In this document: piece by piece, positions 12,066-25,385 of the stretch
How the letters are laid out: each line of letters begins with the position of its first letter
How positions within the stretch are numbered: the stretch's first letter is position 1
Source of the DNA: Octopus bimaculoides
Lineage: Eukaryota
Direction of reading: 5' to 3'
NCBI RefSeq assembly: GCF_001194135.2
Contig: NC_068984.1
Coordinates: 125,304,337 to 125,349,345 of the forward strand
DNA: 45,009 nucleotides
The notes under the pieces: generated by a model
Seen by the model: only the letters and a program-made list of their open reading frames with translations
Database searches by the model: none
Told to the model about the DNA's origin: nothing
Made by a program: the position numbers and the translations under genes

Positions 12066-13289
12066 TCTTATTCTATCGGATTAAGAATACGACTTTGAGC
12101 AACCATTTCAGCTAGATTCCCCGAACTTTTTGCGAAACTTGTGATACCTCTTATATTTGGTGTGAGGCTCCAACTTCTAAAGAATAGTGATCATTATATC
12201 CATCCCTACATTGAAATAAGTAAGTGATGGTCTTTCTGAAATATATATAACAATATTATAGGTAATTTAAATGGTTTTCAACAAATACACGTTCTGTTTT
12301 GCCTGGATCCTAAATTCCACCCCAACCACAAATCATAACTCCATTATCCCCATGTTTAACTGTTACTTGCAAATAATCCAGCCCTCATGTTTCAGTCTAG
12401 CTGCACATGTATTATATTTTATTATATTTGCTGTATCTTGGGAGAGTCATTTTGCCAATAATAATCACTCGCACTAATTCTGTTCCACTTCATTTATTAT
12501 TGTCAATCAATTAGTTAACCATTTAACCAGTTATCTAATTGATTGTTAGTCTAATCATTAGGTCAATCAATAAATCGGCTTGATTCGTGAGAGTCCTTTC
12601 GTCGCCACCGGCCACTTCATCAGTGACATGTGATCTCTACTTCTGCGATACAACAAACTCTGTTACAACACACGTGTTCACAAGATTCTTGCAAACCGAA
12701 TACACGAAATAAAACACATATTTGTCCTGAACTGGAAATTTTGCAGGATTTGCTTACGTCACATCATATTATTCATGACCGAAACTCGTCTTCCTGCCGA
12801 CAGAACATTTTAACCCAGTTGGACCTTTAGTCTTATTATCCTTTGAACTCATTAACTTCAACTCATTTACTCGTTCAATATCTAAGGTCTTTCATGCGAA
12901 ATATATCAGCATATCCAAAGAATTTGTAACTCATCTTTAATAGCTGCATATCGATATTTAATAACATCCAACTTAATTGGGCTTTTTGCTCTTTAAGAAA
13001 CTTTACACAGCATCCAAGATATTTTCTTCTCTCGGCAAGGTCTTTATTTGTTCCGGTCTTGACTGTAGTGTTCAGTATCTGATGATTAATAGCAAATGAT
13101 TGAGTTATTTCCTGTTAGGACTTTCCACATTGATACCACTAGTTTTCATATTTACTTTTTACCAGATTGAATTTACAATTAAAACAGAAACACAATAGAA
13201 TAAGTATACGCAAAGAAGGAAATATATATATACTTAGGAGTAAAAACCCGAAGAACTAGGTGTTGGCTAAATAAAACCTTTTGTTGGTC

Positions 13290-13358
<69 letters not shown>

Positions 13359-13446
13359 CAGACACACTCACACATAGACTCACACGCAAATATATATGTA
13401 TTTATACATAAATATATTTTCATATATATACATAAATACATAAATA

Positions 13447-13664
13447 TACTCTTTTACTCTTTTACTCTTTTACTTGTTTCAGTCATTTGACTGCGGCCAT
13501 GCTGGAGCACCGCCTTTAGTCGAGAAAATCGACCCCAGGACTTATTCTTTGTAAGCCTAGTACTTATTCTATCGGTCTCTTTTTGCCGAACCGCTAATTT
13601 ACGGGGACGTAAACACACCAGCATCGGTTGTCAAGCGATGGCGGGGGGACAAATAGACACACAA

Positions 13665-13695
<31 letters not shown>

Positions 13696-13732
13696 CATAT
13701 ATATACATATATATACATATATACGACGGGCT
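13447..13732 (-). mobile_element. SINE family A (3' half, microsatellite and start of the 5' half), running into a gap
   Basis: Reverse complement matches 3429-3839; (TACTCTT)n tail. Confidence 0.9.
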
Positions 13733-14075
13733 NNNNNNNNNNNNNNNNNNNNNNNNNNNNNNNNNNNNNNNNNNNNNNNNNNNNNNNNNNNNNNNNNNNN
13801 NNNNNNNNNNNNNNNNNNNNNNNNNNNNNNNNNNNNNNNNNNNNNNNNNNNNNNNNNNNNNNNNNNNNNNNNNNNNNNNNNNNNNNNNNNNNNNNNNNNN
13901 NNNNNNNNNNNNNNNNNNNNNNNNNNNNNNNNNNNNNNNNNNNNNNNNNNNNNNNNNNNNNNNNNNNNNNNNNNNNNNNNNNNNNNNNNNNNNNNNNNNN
14001 NNNNNNNNNNNNNNNNNNNNNNNNNNNNNNNNNNNNNNNNNNNNNNNNNNNNNNNNNNNNNNNNNNNNNNNNNNN

Positions 14076-14315
14076 TACTCTTTTACTCTTTTACTTGTTT
14101 CAGTCATTTGACTGCGGCCATGCTGGAGCACCGCCTTTAGTCGAGAAAATCGACCCCAGGACTTATTCTTTGTAAGCCTAGTACTTATTCTATCGGTCTC
14201 TTTTTGCCGAACCGCTAATTTACGGGGACGTAAACACACCAGCATCGGTTGTCAAGCGATGGCGGGGGGACAAATAGACACACAAACACACATACATATA
14301 TATATATATATATAT
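14076..14315 (-). mobile_element. SINE family A 3' half, essentially identical to 13455-13695
   Basis: Same sequence, including variants not seen in the other family A copies here, on the other side of the gap. Confidence 0.9.
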
Positions 14316-14320
14316 GCATA

Positions 14321-14990
14321 TCTTCTTCATTTTCGTATGTCGATGTTCACTGCTCTTGTCTTGTTCAGTAATCATTCAGGCTTGCATGTGGGCTACAAGG
14401 GCCTGCTTTTGATCTGCAGCAGCGATGACATCTGCAGGTGAAGCTACTTGATGCATTGGAAAAGTTACGCGTCGCATGTGCTCTTTTGTATTATCTCTGT
14501 CGTTTCTGCTAAATGGCTGGAATTACGAGCTTCAGTGATTGGCGCCATTTGTCGCTCCGCAGGGCCTTCTCCTCCCCGGTGTCTAGAGTGATGCCAGAGT
14601 TCGTATGTCTCCTGTATTGAAACCTCTGGCCATCAAGGCTCCGCCTGTTCTTATGCAGTTAAGCATAGATAACTGCTTTTAGAAGCCTGCTGTCCTCCAT
14701 CCTGCAAACACGTCACGCCCAGCGCAGCTGCGATGGGGTAATCGGGGCCTCCACACACTAACTGTGTCAGCACGGCGCAGGATCTATACATTGGAAATGC
14801 GATCCTGTCACCTGATATGCAAGATGGAACGCAGATAACGAAGTTGAACACACGCCAGGACCTTCATATACCTGCAGTAGATCGCCATCCATTATGTAGC
14901 ATAGAGGAGACATTGTGACGCTGCACACCTTTATCTTTGTGTTGGGAACAATGTCATGGCAGCACGAGAGGCACTTCTCAAGAGAGCCCC
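14321..14990 (-). mobile_element. Decayed RTE-clade LINE 3' end (BovB/RTE-type) with its 3' terminus
   Basis: Minus strand: HDIVPNTKIKVC..YCRYMKVLACVQLRYLRSILHIR*QDRISNV*ILRRADTVSV/EAPITPSQLRWA*RVCRMEDSRLLKAVIYA*LH.., then a C-terminal CxxCCRSKAG..HM motif and a TGAAGAAGA end. Confidence 0.87.
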
Positions 14991-14994
14991 TGTA

Positions 14995-15160
14995 GGTCTG
15001 TTTACGTTCCCGTAACTTAACGATTCGGCCAAACACACCGACAGAACAAGAAGCTGGCTTTAAAAAATAAGTCCTGAGGTGGATTAATGGGAGTAAAATT
15101 CATCAAGGCGGTGCCCAAGCATAGCTGCAGTCAAATGACTAAAACAGTAAAAGATAACGG
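14995..15160 (+). mobile_element. SINE family A 3' half (decayed)
   Basis: GTTTACGTTCCCGTAACTTAACGATTCGG..AAGGCGGTGCCCAAGCATAGCTGCAGTCAAATGACT. Confidence 0.75.
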
Positions 15161-15201
15161 ATATATATAAGTTAGTCTACCTAAATATCCGATCTTTTTG
15201 T

Positions 15202-15238
<37 letters not shown>

Positions 15239-15899
15239 CTTTTTTCTGCCTATCTCTTTATCCGTTTGTCCGTCTGTATAACTGTTCACCTGCTGGTCAG
15301 TTTGTGCATTTATTTGTCTATGCAAATGTGTGAATATGACTTTGTGTAGCTCAATGACATATTCTAGCACAGACACCAGACCTTCGTTAAAACAAATTTT
15401 AAGGAAAAACACACAAATATCTGTACATTATTATCCTCTTTTATTCGAACATTTTATACATACATTCTCTCTCGCAATTATGTCCTTTATACATTACGAA
15501 TTTTATACATACGTACACAAACACACATAATATATATGCATATATATATATATATGCATATATATATATATATATAACAGAAATATGTTAGAAAACAAAA
15601 TAGAAACTACCCGTGGAAATGTAAGAGGAAAGTAAACNNNNNNNNNNNNNNNNNNNNNNNNNNNNNNNNNNNNNNNNNNNNNNNNNNNNNNNNNNNNNNN
15701 NNNNNNNNNNNNNNNNNNNNNNNNNNNNNNNNNNNNNNNNNNNNNNNNNNNNNNNNNNNNNNNNNNNNNNNNNNNNNNNNTATGTATGTATGTATGTATG
15801 TATGTATGTATGTATGTATGTATATACATGCATACATTTACGTATATATATATATGTATATATGTGTGTGGGTGTGTACATGTATGTATGCATGTGTGT

Positions 15900-15900
<1 letters not shown>

Positions 15901-15974
<74 letters not shown>
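15901..15974. repeat. (GATA)n microsatellite
   Basis: Perfect run seen directly. Confidence 0.97.
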
Positions 15975-17261
15975 TACTATCCAAGTTGTATAATATCATG
16001 AAATTAAGCCATATCGTCTGACCTGAAAATTTTGAATGTAAACGACTTCTTGAAGCGTATATTGTTGTATGGTTGTTACATAAGTGCAACACGATCGCTG
16101 CGCCCTTACAGTTCACATTGAAATCGTAATACGATGTAAAGGAATTCCAAGAATACCCTGAACTAAATTTATAGACTTACTGGAATCAGAAAATTACAAA
16201 GATTTAAGACTTGTGATGTAGCAAAGAAATAGTCTTTGTTGGTCACTAAACTCGAACGTTCTTCTTCCTACTTCCTACACCTCAATCGAAGGCAACACAT
16301 AACCGGATGTAGTTTCGGAATCTACTTCCATTTTAAGTATCCCATTCTCGCTGTGTCTTGTATGTAAAAATAGCAACATAATTCAACTGAACACTGCCTT
16401 GCTTTCATGTTTTTTGTCCTTTTTCTATCGTCGTCGTTTCTGCCGATAAGTTTTTTGTGTATTTATAAAGAAAACAAAACATAATAAATAAATTAAAACG
16501 TTAGCTGTGATATAGAAAAAGAAGGATTGAAAATGCGACATACATACGATAAAACTGTAATAGCAACTATTCAAGGAAGAAAAGGAAAATATGGCGTGTA
16601 AAATGTTAGTGTTATTTATCTGTAAATCTTTATACAGCTATAGTATCCGCAATTCGCGTTATAAAATCCAGAACCTCAATTTAAGTGTTATGGAATTACG
16701 AACATAAAATAACATTGTTCTTGCTTACATGATTTTTAGTTGGTTTTTATTGGTGTATTTGTCGTTTTTTATCTGTTGTTTTATTCTTTTGTTGATTAGA
16801 CAGTAAAAAATCAAGCTAATTTTTGTGACGTTGAAATCCTGTTAAACATTCGCCATTTTCTTGCGATACGCCAACTGATATGATAACCCATTAATTTATG
16901 TAAATCTCTCCCTACATATTGAGTATATTGTACTGTTGGAAAGAAGAAACTACATTTAAAGGGATGATTAGCTATTTGTCATTTTCATGATTACATCATG
17001 AAAGGGCGGATCTTAAGAATCGACACGTAGTGAGTGAAAGTGTTTTTTAATTTTTATTTCAGTTGAATAGGTCTTTTGTTCGGTAAAACTTTCATTATTA
17101 AATATTTTTGTTCCTTATTGAAAGCCGATAGACTTAAACTCAGTACACTTTTGATCATGTCTTTGAATTTAATGTTGATAATGAAATGCAATAAGTTATG
17201 GCAGTGTCATTGAATTTCTACAGGAACGTAACATCTTATCTAGAACCATTTATTACGTAGG

Positions 17262-17450
17262 CGGTGAAAAAAAAATGACGTTAAGAATTTTATCCAGCGC
17301 GATAACGATTCTGCCAACCCGCCACATTTCAAAGTATTAAACTATGGTTTTGGCACAAGGCCAGCATGTTTTGAAGGGAGGGGACAAGTTGATTACATCG
17401 ATCCCAGTATTTTACTTATACTTCATTTTACAAAGATTGAAAGATTGAAA
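17262..17450 (-). mobile_element. SINE family B fragments (a head piece, then the 3' part of another copy cut by the family A insertion)
   Basis: ATAACGATTCTGCCAACCCGCC (reverse-complement head) and GGCACAAGGCCAGC..GATTACATCGATCCCAGT (reverse-complement tail). Confidence 0.65.
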
Positions 17451-17452
17451 GG

Positions 17453-17796
17453 AGGAGCAGGAGTGGCTGTGTGGTAAGTAGCTTGCTTACCAACCACATG
17501 GTTCCGGGTTCATTTCCACTGCGTGGCACCTTGGGCAAGTGTCTTCTACTACAGCCTCGGGCCGACCAAAGCCTTGTGAGTGGATTTGATAGATGGAAAC
17601 TGTAAGAAGCCCGTCGTATATATGTATATATTTGTATGTATGTGTGTGTATATGTTTGTGTGTCTGTGTTTGTCGCCCCAGCATCGCTTGACAACTGATG
17701 CTAGTGTGTTTACATCCCCGTAACTTAGCGGCTCGGCAAAAGAAAACGATAGAATAAGTACTAGGCTTCCAAAGAATAAGTACTGGGGTCGATTTG
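17453..17796 (+). mobile_element. SINE family A, near-consensus, truncated by a gap
   Basis: Near identity to 3429-3780. Confidence 0.9.
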
Positions 17797-18209
17797 NNNN
17801 NNNNNNGAGAGAGAGACAGAGAGAAAGAGTGTGTGTTTGTAATTTGTCACCCGTCCCCGAACCTGTCAAGTGGTGATGGTTTTATTACATCTCCAGTACC
17901 AGACTTGAAAATATAGAAATAAGTATTGTAATAGATTTCTTCAACTCAGACCCATCCAGGTGTTCTCGAAGCATAGCCGCAGTCCAATTACAAAAGGAAG
18001 TGAAATGTAAACAAAAGCGAAATACGTTCACTGATGCAAACTAATGCTGCAGGATATGCAATCTCTTGGCAACGACAGATCCGTGATTCCAGTTGCGTTA
18101 TTGGATTTGGTTTAAATTTTAGCTCTCAAATCAGTAAATCAGTGATTAACTAGGCATATATTACATGTAATAACGTATACATTAAATGCCTTCGATATTA
18201 ATTTATCAT

Positions 18210-18420
18210 AAGGCGTCGAGCTGGCAGAAGCGTTAGCACGCCGGGCGAAAGGCTTAGCAGTATTTCGTCTATCTTCATGTTCTGAGTTCAAATTCTGCCG
18301 TGGTCGATTTTGCCGTTCATCCTTTCGAGGTCGATAAATTAAGTACTGGGGTCGATCTAATCGACTGGCCCCCTCCCCCAAAATTTCGGGCCGTGTATCT
18401 AGATTTGAAAAAGATATTAA
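18210..18420 (+). mobile_element. SINE family B
   Basis: AAGGCGTCGAGCTGGCAGAAGCGTTAGCACGCCGGGCGAAAGG..GAGTTCAAATTC..CATCCTTTCGAGGTCGATAAATTAAGTAC. Confidence 0.88.
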
Positions 18421-18599
18421 TTTATCATAAATATATGGTTACCGTATGTATGTATGTATGTATGTGTGTACGAACGATAGATACGTACGTGTGTATTTGA
18501 TTCTAAAATAAAAAGAGAGGAAGAGAAAATTAAGTGTGTTTGTGTGCGCGCGCACGTTGTATTAAGTGCATATTTTATTTCATCGTGCTCTCTGTTTCT

Positions 18600-18790
18600 T
18601 TTTTCCGGACCAAATACTTTGCAACATTTTTTCCGATTCCTCACATTCTGAGTTCCAATCTCGACGAGGTTAACTTAGCCTTTCACCCTTTCGGGGACGG
18701 TAAAAAGAAGTACAAATCGACTACTGGAATGAATGGTATCAATTAACCCTTTCCTCAAAATTACTAGCCTTGTGCCTAAATTAGAATTGA
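18600..18790 (+). mobile_element. SINE family B, 5'-partial and decayed
   Basis: ACATTCTGAGTTCCAAT..GCCTTTCACCCTTTCGGGG..GCCTTGTGCCTAAATTAGAA. Confidence 0.75.
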
Positions 18791-18829
18791 TGTTATGTAT
18801 TTGTGCGTGTCTATGTGTGTGACCGCGTG

Positions 18830-18861
<32 letters not shown>

Positions 18862-18901
18862 CAGACATATATATTTATATACAACTTTATATGTAATAAA
18901 A

Positions 18902-19035
<134 letters not shown>

Positions 19036-19681
19036 TACACATTTATGTAGATAGATAGATAAATAGATAGATAGATATAAGCATACATGTATGTGTTTAT
19101 ATATATATATATGTATGTGTGTGTTCGTGTGTTATATATGTCTGTGTGTTTGTGTATATATGTATATATATATATATATACGTATATGTACGCACCCAGG
19201 CATACACACATACACACACAATTTAATATAACTGCAGTTCACTATTGCATACGGTTGGTGGGTAGCTCAGTGAATATGGCTCTTGTGTCCACTGAGTTAA
19301 GAACACAAACCGCCAATCTATCATGCGAATCTATTATGTACCTTTGCTTATTAAATCCTCTCTAATAACATGATGATTTATTGCCAGCTCGGTAACAAGC
19401 CTTTGTCTCACAAATCTCAATACTTTTAAGTGGAACGACAGATTTGCAATGTTTGATTCGGCTTAGCAAAGCGTTTGTGGCTCTATGCAAGTACACACCT
19501 TTAATAAAACCGCGTACCTTGGGTGAGTCGGTATAGGTATACACCGTTTATACCTAGTGGTCTTGGGGTGAGAAGGTGCGTATCGTGCAGGCGTGTATCA
19601 AGGTGTACAAATAAGAGCGTCTTTATAACCACCCATACGCGCATATATGCCTATATACATATGTATGTATATTTATGTATG

Positions 19682-19714
<33 letters not shown>

Positions 19715-20354
19715 NNNNNNNNNNNNNNNNNNNNNNNNNNNNNNNNNNNNNNNNNNNNNNNNNNNNNNNNNNNNNNNNNNNNNNNNNNNNNNNNNNNNNN
19801 NNNNNNNNNNNNNNNNNNNNNNNNNNNNNNNNNNNNNNNNNNNNNNNNNNNNNNNNNNNNNNNNNNNNNNNNNNNNNNNNNNNNNNNNNNNNNNNNNNNN
19901 NNNNNNNNNNNNNNNNNNNNNNNNNNNNNNNNNNNNNNNNNNNNNNNNNNNNNNNNNNNNNNNNNNNNNNNNNNNNNNNNNNNNNNNNNNNNNNNNNNNN
20001 NNNNNNNNNNNNNNNNNNNNNNNNNNNNNNNNNNNNNNNNNNNNNNNNNNNNNNNNNNNNNNNNNNNNNNNNNNNNNNNNNNNNNNNNNNNNNNNNNNNN
20101 NNNNNNNNNNNNNNNNNNNNNNNNNNNNNNNNNNNNNNNNNNNNNNNNNNNNNNNNNNNNNNNNNNNNNNNNNNNNNNNNNNNNNNNNNNNNNNNNNNNN
20201 NNNNNNNNNATATATACACACACAAATATACGCACATACAAACCCACATATCTAAATTAGGATTTGCTTATAAATACTTTGGGTTGAAGTCTTTTTGATA
20301 ACGATGACCAGTTGATAACAAGCGGTTTTCCACATATATATGTGTATATGTGCG

Positions 20355-20400
<46 letters not shown>

Positions 20401-20559
20401 TATATATATGCATACATACATGTATAATATATATACATGTATTCATATATAAATGGCGTTTTATCTTATTTATATTTGTTTATACCTATTTGATTCTAAA
20501 CTTAGTAAAATTGAAGTATCTCCGTTGGTTTGGACGCGGAGTATTTACTTTCTTTACTT

Positions 20560-21100
20560 AACTGAACGATTTGTTCATTGAATTTGTGTATATGTGGCTG
20601 AGTAATCTATTGACTTGTATACCTTTAGCGCAATATTGAATCAGTCGGACAAAGTGTGGTGCCACATATTTCTTCCGTACGATTGCCAACCATCGCATTT
20701 TCCGTGGTACCTGACACCCCTGTTGCTCACGTAGTCTGCATGTGGTGACATAGCTTTTCTTCGTCTTAGCTCGAATGGGAAGACTCGCAAACGCGCTTAG
20801 TTTCGACAGCACTGGCTCAAAATCCGAAACATACTTGAGGGATGAAAGAGGAGATTTAAGCGTATGATTCCAAACAGTTCTCAGTAAATGAGCATTTTGT
20901 CTGACCATAGCTCAGTTCTGCATTAAAACCTTTTGAAACGTTCCAGACTCTGAAGATAGGATCGAAATTGATTGCAGATGGACCGTGCTAGCTGCTGATT
21001 GTCGACCCTATCGAAAGCTTTGTAATTAAAATCTTCCACTCTATTATTGGAACGAACAGGCATGAATTTCAAAGTATCTTAATAACCGTCACTTGAAAGT
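20560..21100 (-). mobile_element. Possible very old reverse-transcriptase remnant
   Basis: Minus-strand DFNYKAFDRVDNQQL at about 20990-21035 resembles the RT DxxKAFDRV motif. Downstream motifs (VRQ, HAD) are only weakly suggestive. Confidence 0.3.
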
Positions 21101-22164
21101 ATTTCATTTGTCTAACGATCGTTCTCTGGTGCAGGTATCCATGTTGCAAGAGTAGAACTGCGTAGATAATTCTTCTATCATTACTCCAAGCTCGTAACTA
21201 TCCAAAGTGAAGTGTTCTAAACAACTGAAACAATCCGCCTCTGACATGTGCGATCCATTCTCTGGTGATTTACTTTTTCTCATTTAAATCTAGGGGGATG
21301 TAAATTGGACTACATAGCAGTAAATGTCTTTAGTGGATACGATCAACTGCGCCCTCTGTTCGTTATACGACTACATAATACCAACTAGGTCAGCCAAGAC
21401 TACTGTCCACTCTTCAATGACAAGTACAGTAATTAATAACATTTACTATCAGGAAATTGGCTTTGTGTGAAAACGTAGTAAATGCTCATGAAGAGAAGGG
21501 ATGGCTAACAGTGTTATCATTCCATTCATAAATTATAGATATCAATACATCCAATGAAACCCAGAAGATTGTCGGTTCTAATCAGTTGCCAAATACAGTT
21601 TGTTTTTCTTGATTTCCATAAAGAAGTCGGTTGCTGACTAGACAAGATATAATCTCGACATTCCATTAGATAACGACCATCAGCTCGTTCATTGGTGGTA
21701 ACCAGTTTCGCTATATTTTCCCCTACGAATAAATATAGATATCTTACTTAATACATTAGTCGATAGTACACCTATCATTTTTCTGATAAGTCTTAAAAAA
21801 CAAAAAGAAAAATACTGCAGTAGTCTAGCGTCCTATTCTGAGAAGGAATATTTAGATCCTCAAAAGAAATTTATTCAAATTTAACTCACTATGGGCATAA
21901 TTATTATCCTTCACATCAATATTGCAGCCTGTATTTACAATGAATCCCTCGATTCGCATGAGTCATATTCGTGAACACTAAAACACTACAATTGTTTGAG
22001 CCACATTTGTGAACATTGAGTCTCTGGATTGACTCGAGCCACATTCGTGGTAAGTAGAGTTGTTCATTAACTGTATGCTTTTTCTTTTAATATTTCCGTT
22101 TTATAAAGGTTTAGTTTCTTTCATTCTTTTTTTCTTTTTTTGTTTGCTTTGTCACGGTATCTTT

Positions 22165-22540
22165 TATTTTTTCTCAGTCGAAGCACGGAAAAATCTATCC
22201 CAACACTTATTTTTAAGCCTGTTACTTATTCTATCGGCCTCTATCGCTGAACCATTAAGTTACGAAACATAAATAAACCAGCACCGTTTATCAAGTAAAG
22301 GAAGACAGAAACACAAACACAAAGACACACGTACACACACATTACACACACATATATACATACATACACGACGGACTTCAACACAGTTTCCGTCAAACAT
22401 ATTCACTCACAAAGTATTGGTTGGCACGCGGCTGTAGTAGATGACACTTGCCCAGGGTGCCGTGCAGTGAAACTAAACTCGAAATCACGCTGTGACAAAG
22501 CAGGCTTCTTAACCATACAGCGACGTCTACGCCTACAAAG
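22165..22540 (-). mobile_element. SINE family A, decayed, near full length
   Basis: TACTTATTCTATCGG, ACACGACGGACTTC, GACACTTGCCCAGGGTGCC and TTAACCATACAGC in reverse order relative to 3429-3839. Confidence 0.8.
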
Positions 22541-24254
22541 AAGAAATAGTCTGAAATACAATCTGTGTCTCGGTTTTGATCCATCTTTTATGTTTTCGTT
22601 TGCGCCAATGAGCTCCTTAAGAAACTCAATTTCTCATTTCCTTTATCCGTATTTATCTATGCAGTGCATGAATATTATTGTTGTAGTCGTTGTTATTTAG
22701 GTGTAGGTCAATCCTAATTGAGTACTTATGATCAAAGGCTTTCCTATCATGGCAATCACATCCTTTTTTACGTGTTTATAAACCAGGACTGCATTATCCA
22801 ACGTGTCGTATTTTTCAACATACAGACGAGGGAATAGCGTTTGAGGGAGATTTGGTAATAGTAATTCCTAGCAGGTCGACGACCACGTAGGTACTCCCTT
22901 GATGGCTTGAAATTAATATGGTTTCTGAGGGTGGTGTCATGAAAAGATCAGGAGAAGGACGAATAAACTAAATTATAGTATTTAATTACATCCTTTTAAA
23001 TTCTGAGTTGAAATCCCGATTGTGTCGAGTTTACTCTTTATACTGCGCGGTTCCATTAAATTAACTGGCAATAAACTGAAGATTGATTTATGAATTTGTC
23101 CCGTCTTAATACAAGATTTATGGAGATGTACTTGTACAGGGAATCAATAATCTTATACTGTTTACAATTTTTATGGCGAATAATGTAAAAGGTGGAGGGA
23201 GCTCCTAAAATTGTGAACTAGGAAACGGTTTCAATCCTTGACTATACTCCATTCCTTTCATTTATGTTCCGAATAATCTTTAGCAAACGCGTGAACGTTC
23301 AACTTTCCGTTTCATTTCCGCTAACGCATAATGCGCTTAAACGTTATTATTAAACTTGAAATGGAAGCGCTGAGCAGTGATTTATATAAATATAAACTTG
23401 TTACCAGTTCAAATATGCTTAAGACATATTCGAACCCGTAAGAAAGCCATTCACTGTTATCTGTCGTGGAGAAAAATTCTCGCTGTAGACGGAAAAAACG
23501 TATACACACCAGGTTAGTTTGGAGCTCCCTCAGCACAGATCGGCGGATGTATGCATTTCTGAGTAGTTTTCTCCTCTTTAGCAACAAACACTGGAGAGTC
23601 AACTCTGAGTTGACCACAAGAAACTAAATTTCTCTCTTATTAGATTCCAATCAGAATACTGTGGCTGATTGCGCTAATCGGCTGCTTGGCCGTAGTAAAA
23701 TACAGATTAGAAACGGTTTATATAAGTATACAAGATCTTTGCTTTATAAGGGTACGAGGACGTGTGTTCACGTCAGTATATACTTGAACGCGTATTCGTG
23801 TGTGTATCGGTGTGTGTGTGTGTTAATGTGTAAATCTGAGTGTAGGAACGAATCCTAATATCGATATATGTATGTCCATGTATATGATCTATGTATGATC
23901 TATGTGTGCGTGTGCTTGTTTTACCATGTTTGTGTCTGCGAATATGTGTGTACTTGCGTGGATTTTAACTCATTCGTTTTTGTGTTTGTATGTGGATTAG
24001 TGAGTGTTAGTAAGTGAATATACGAATAAGACTTTGCATTAATGTATGTGTATATGTGTGAATATGTGTACTAACAGGAAAAAATATGATAAATCTAAAT
24101 GAGATATATATAAATATGTGTGTGTGTTCATGTGTATGTAAGCGAGTATATATTAACATGAATGAGTGTGTGTGCGTATATACATACATACATACATACA
24201 CACACACATATATATATGTATATATCAGATTAAATAAATGTTAATGTATATAAA

Positions 24255-24293
<39 letters not shown>

Positions 24294-24721
24294 GTGTGAG
24301 TGAGTGCGTGTGTTTATATGTATAGGTCAGTGAATAATTATTAATGTGCGAATGCTATTTATGCAATCTTAATATTAATGAGTATTCGCCAAACTCTGTA
24401 TACATAAAACTTTATTCATGTGTGTACATGAGTATGTATGTGTGAATGTATGTATGCTTATATATGTGTGTATGTGTGTGTATGTGTGTGTAAGTGTATG
24501 TATGGGTGAATGTATACTTGCGTGTTTAAATGTGTGAGGTGGCGTCTACAGACTATGTCAGTGTTTGTCATAGGATGTATGGAGTGTTAGGCAACACAGC
24601 TATTTGTACCTATTAGGTTTGTTAAGGAGCTCAACCAATAAATAAATTTTGAACGGAACGGAATTACGTCCACCAAACCTCTAACACACCTTGACATTTT
24701 ACAGTGTGCCAATGCAGATTT

Positions 24722-24814
<93 letters not shown>

Positions 24815-25257
24815 ATATACGTGTAGTATGTATGTGTGTGTCAGGGTATGTGTGTGTAGGTAGGTGGGTAGGTGGGTAGGTGGGTAGGTAGGTATATATT
24901 TACACACCTCTAATATCTTGACAACCCTGTCTTTGCATTGAAGTCTTTGAGAGTTGACATGTCTCATAATTGATCACACTTTGATATATGTGCATTAACT
25001 AACAACAAAGCCCCTGCTGAGAACAGGCTCACGACCCGGTTTCAATTCCCTTCAAAAACACGCACACACATATTCAGATAGAAATATGTGTGTACATAAT
25101 GTGCGCATGCATACATACATGTGTGTGTATGTGTGTGTGTATATGAAAAAAAATATATATATATATATATGTGTGTATAGCAGAGTAAGCACGTAAATGT
25201 GAAACAAGATGGAAAAAATTGTACTCGAATAACAGAGGTAGAGTAATATGCTTTATT

Positions 25258-25303
25258 AAAACTCTCCGACGAACGGGAACGTGAAACTTCAAGTAAAAAT
25301 TTT
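25258..25303 (+). ncRNA. Hammerhead-ribozyme-like motif (minimal type I, U4C variant, degenerate stem I)
   Basis: AAAACTCT-CCGACGA-ACG(GGAA)CGT-GAAA-CTTCAAG-TA-AAAATTTT. Confidence 0.5.
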
Positions 25304-25328
25304 GATATTTTTGCTGCTTTTTAATAAA

Positions 25329-25382
<54 letters not shown>

Positions 25383-25385
<3 letters not shown>

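Noticed and set aside
12630-13170. Possible Penelope GIY-YIG remnant upstream of the 12588 hammerhead core
   Set aside because: Only fragmentary resemblance across multiple stops and frames
21330-21800. Possible plus-strand L1-type RT relic (faint GxRQGCPLS-like trace)
   Set aside because: It needs several assumed indels; not distinguishable from chance without a profile search
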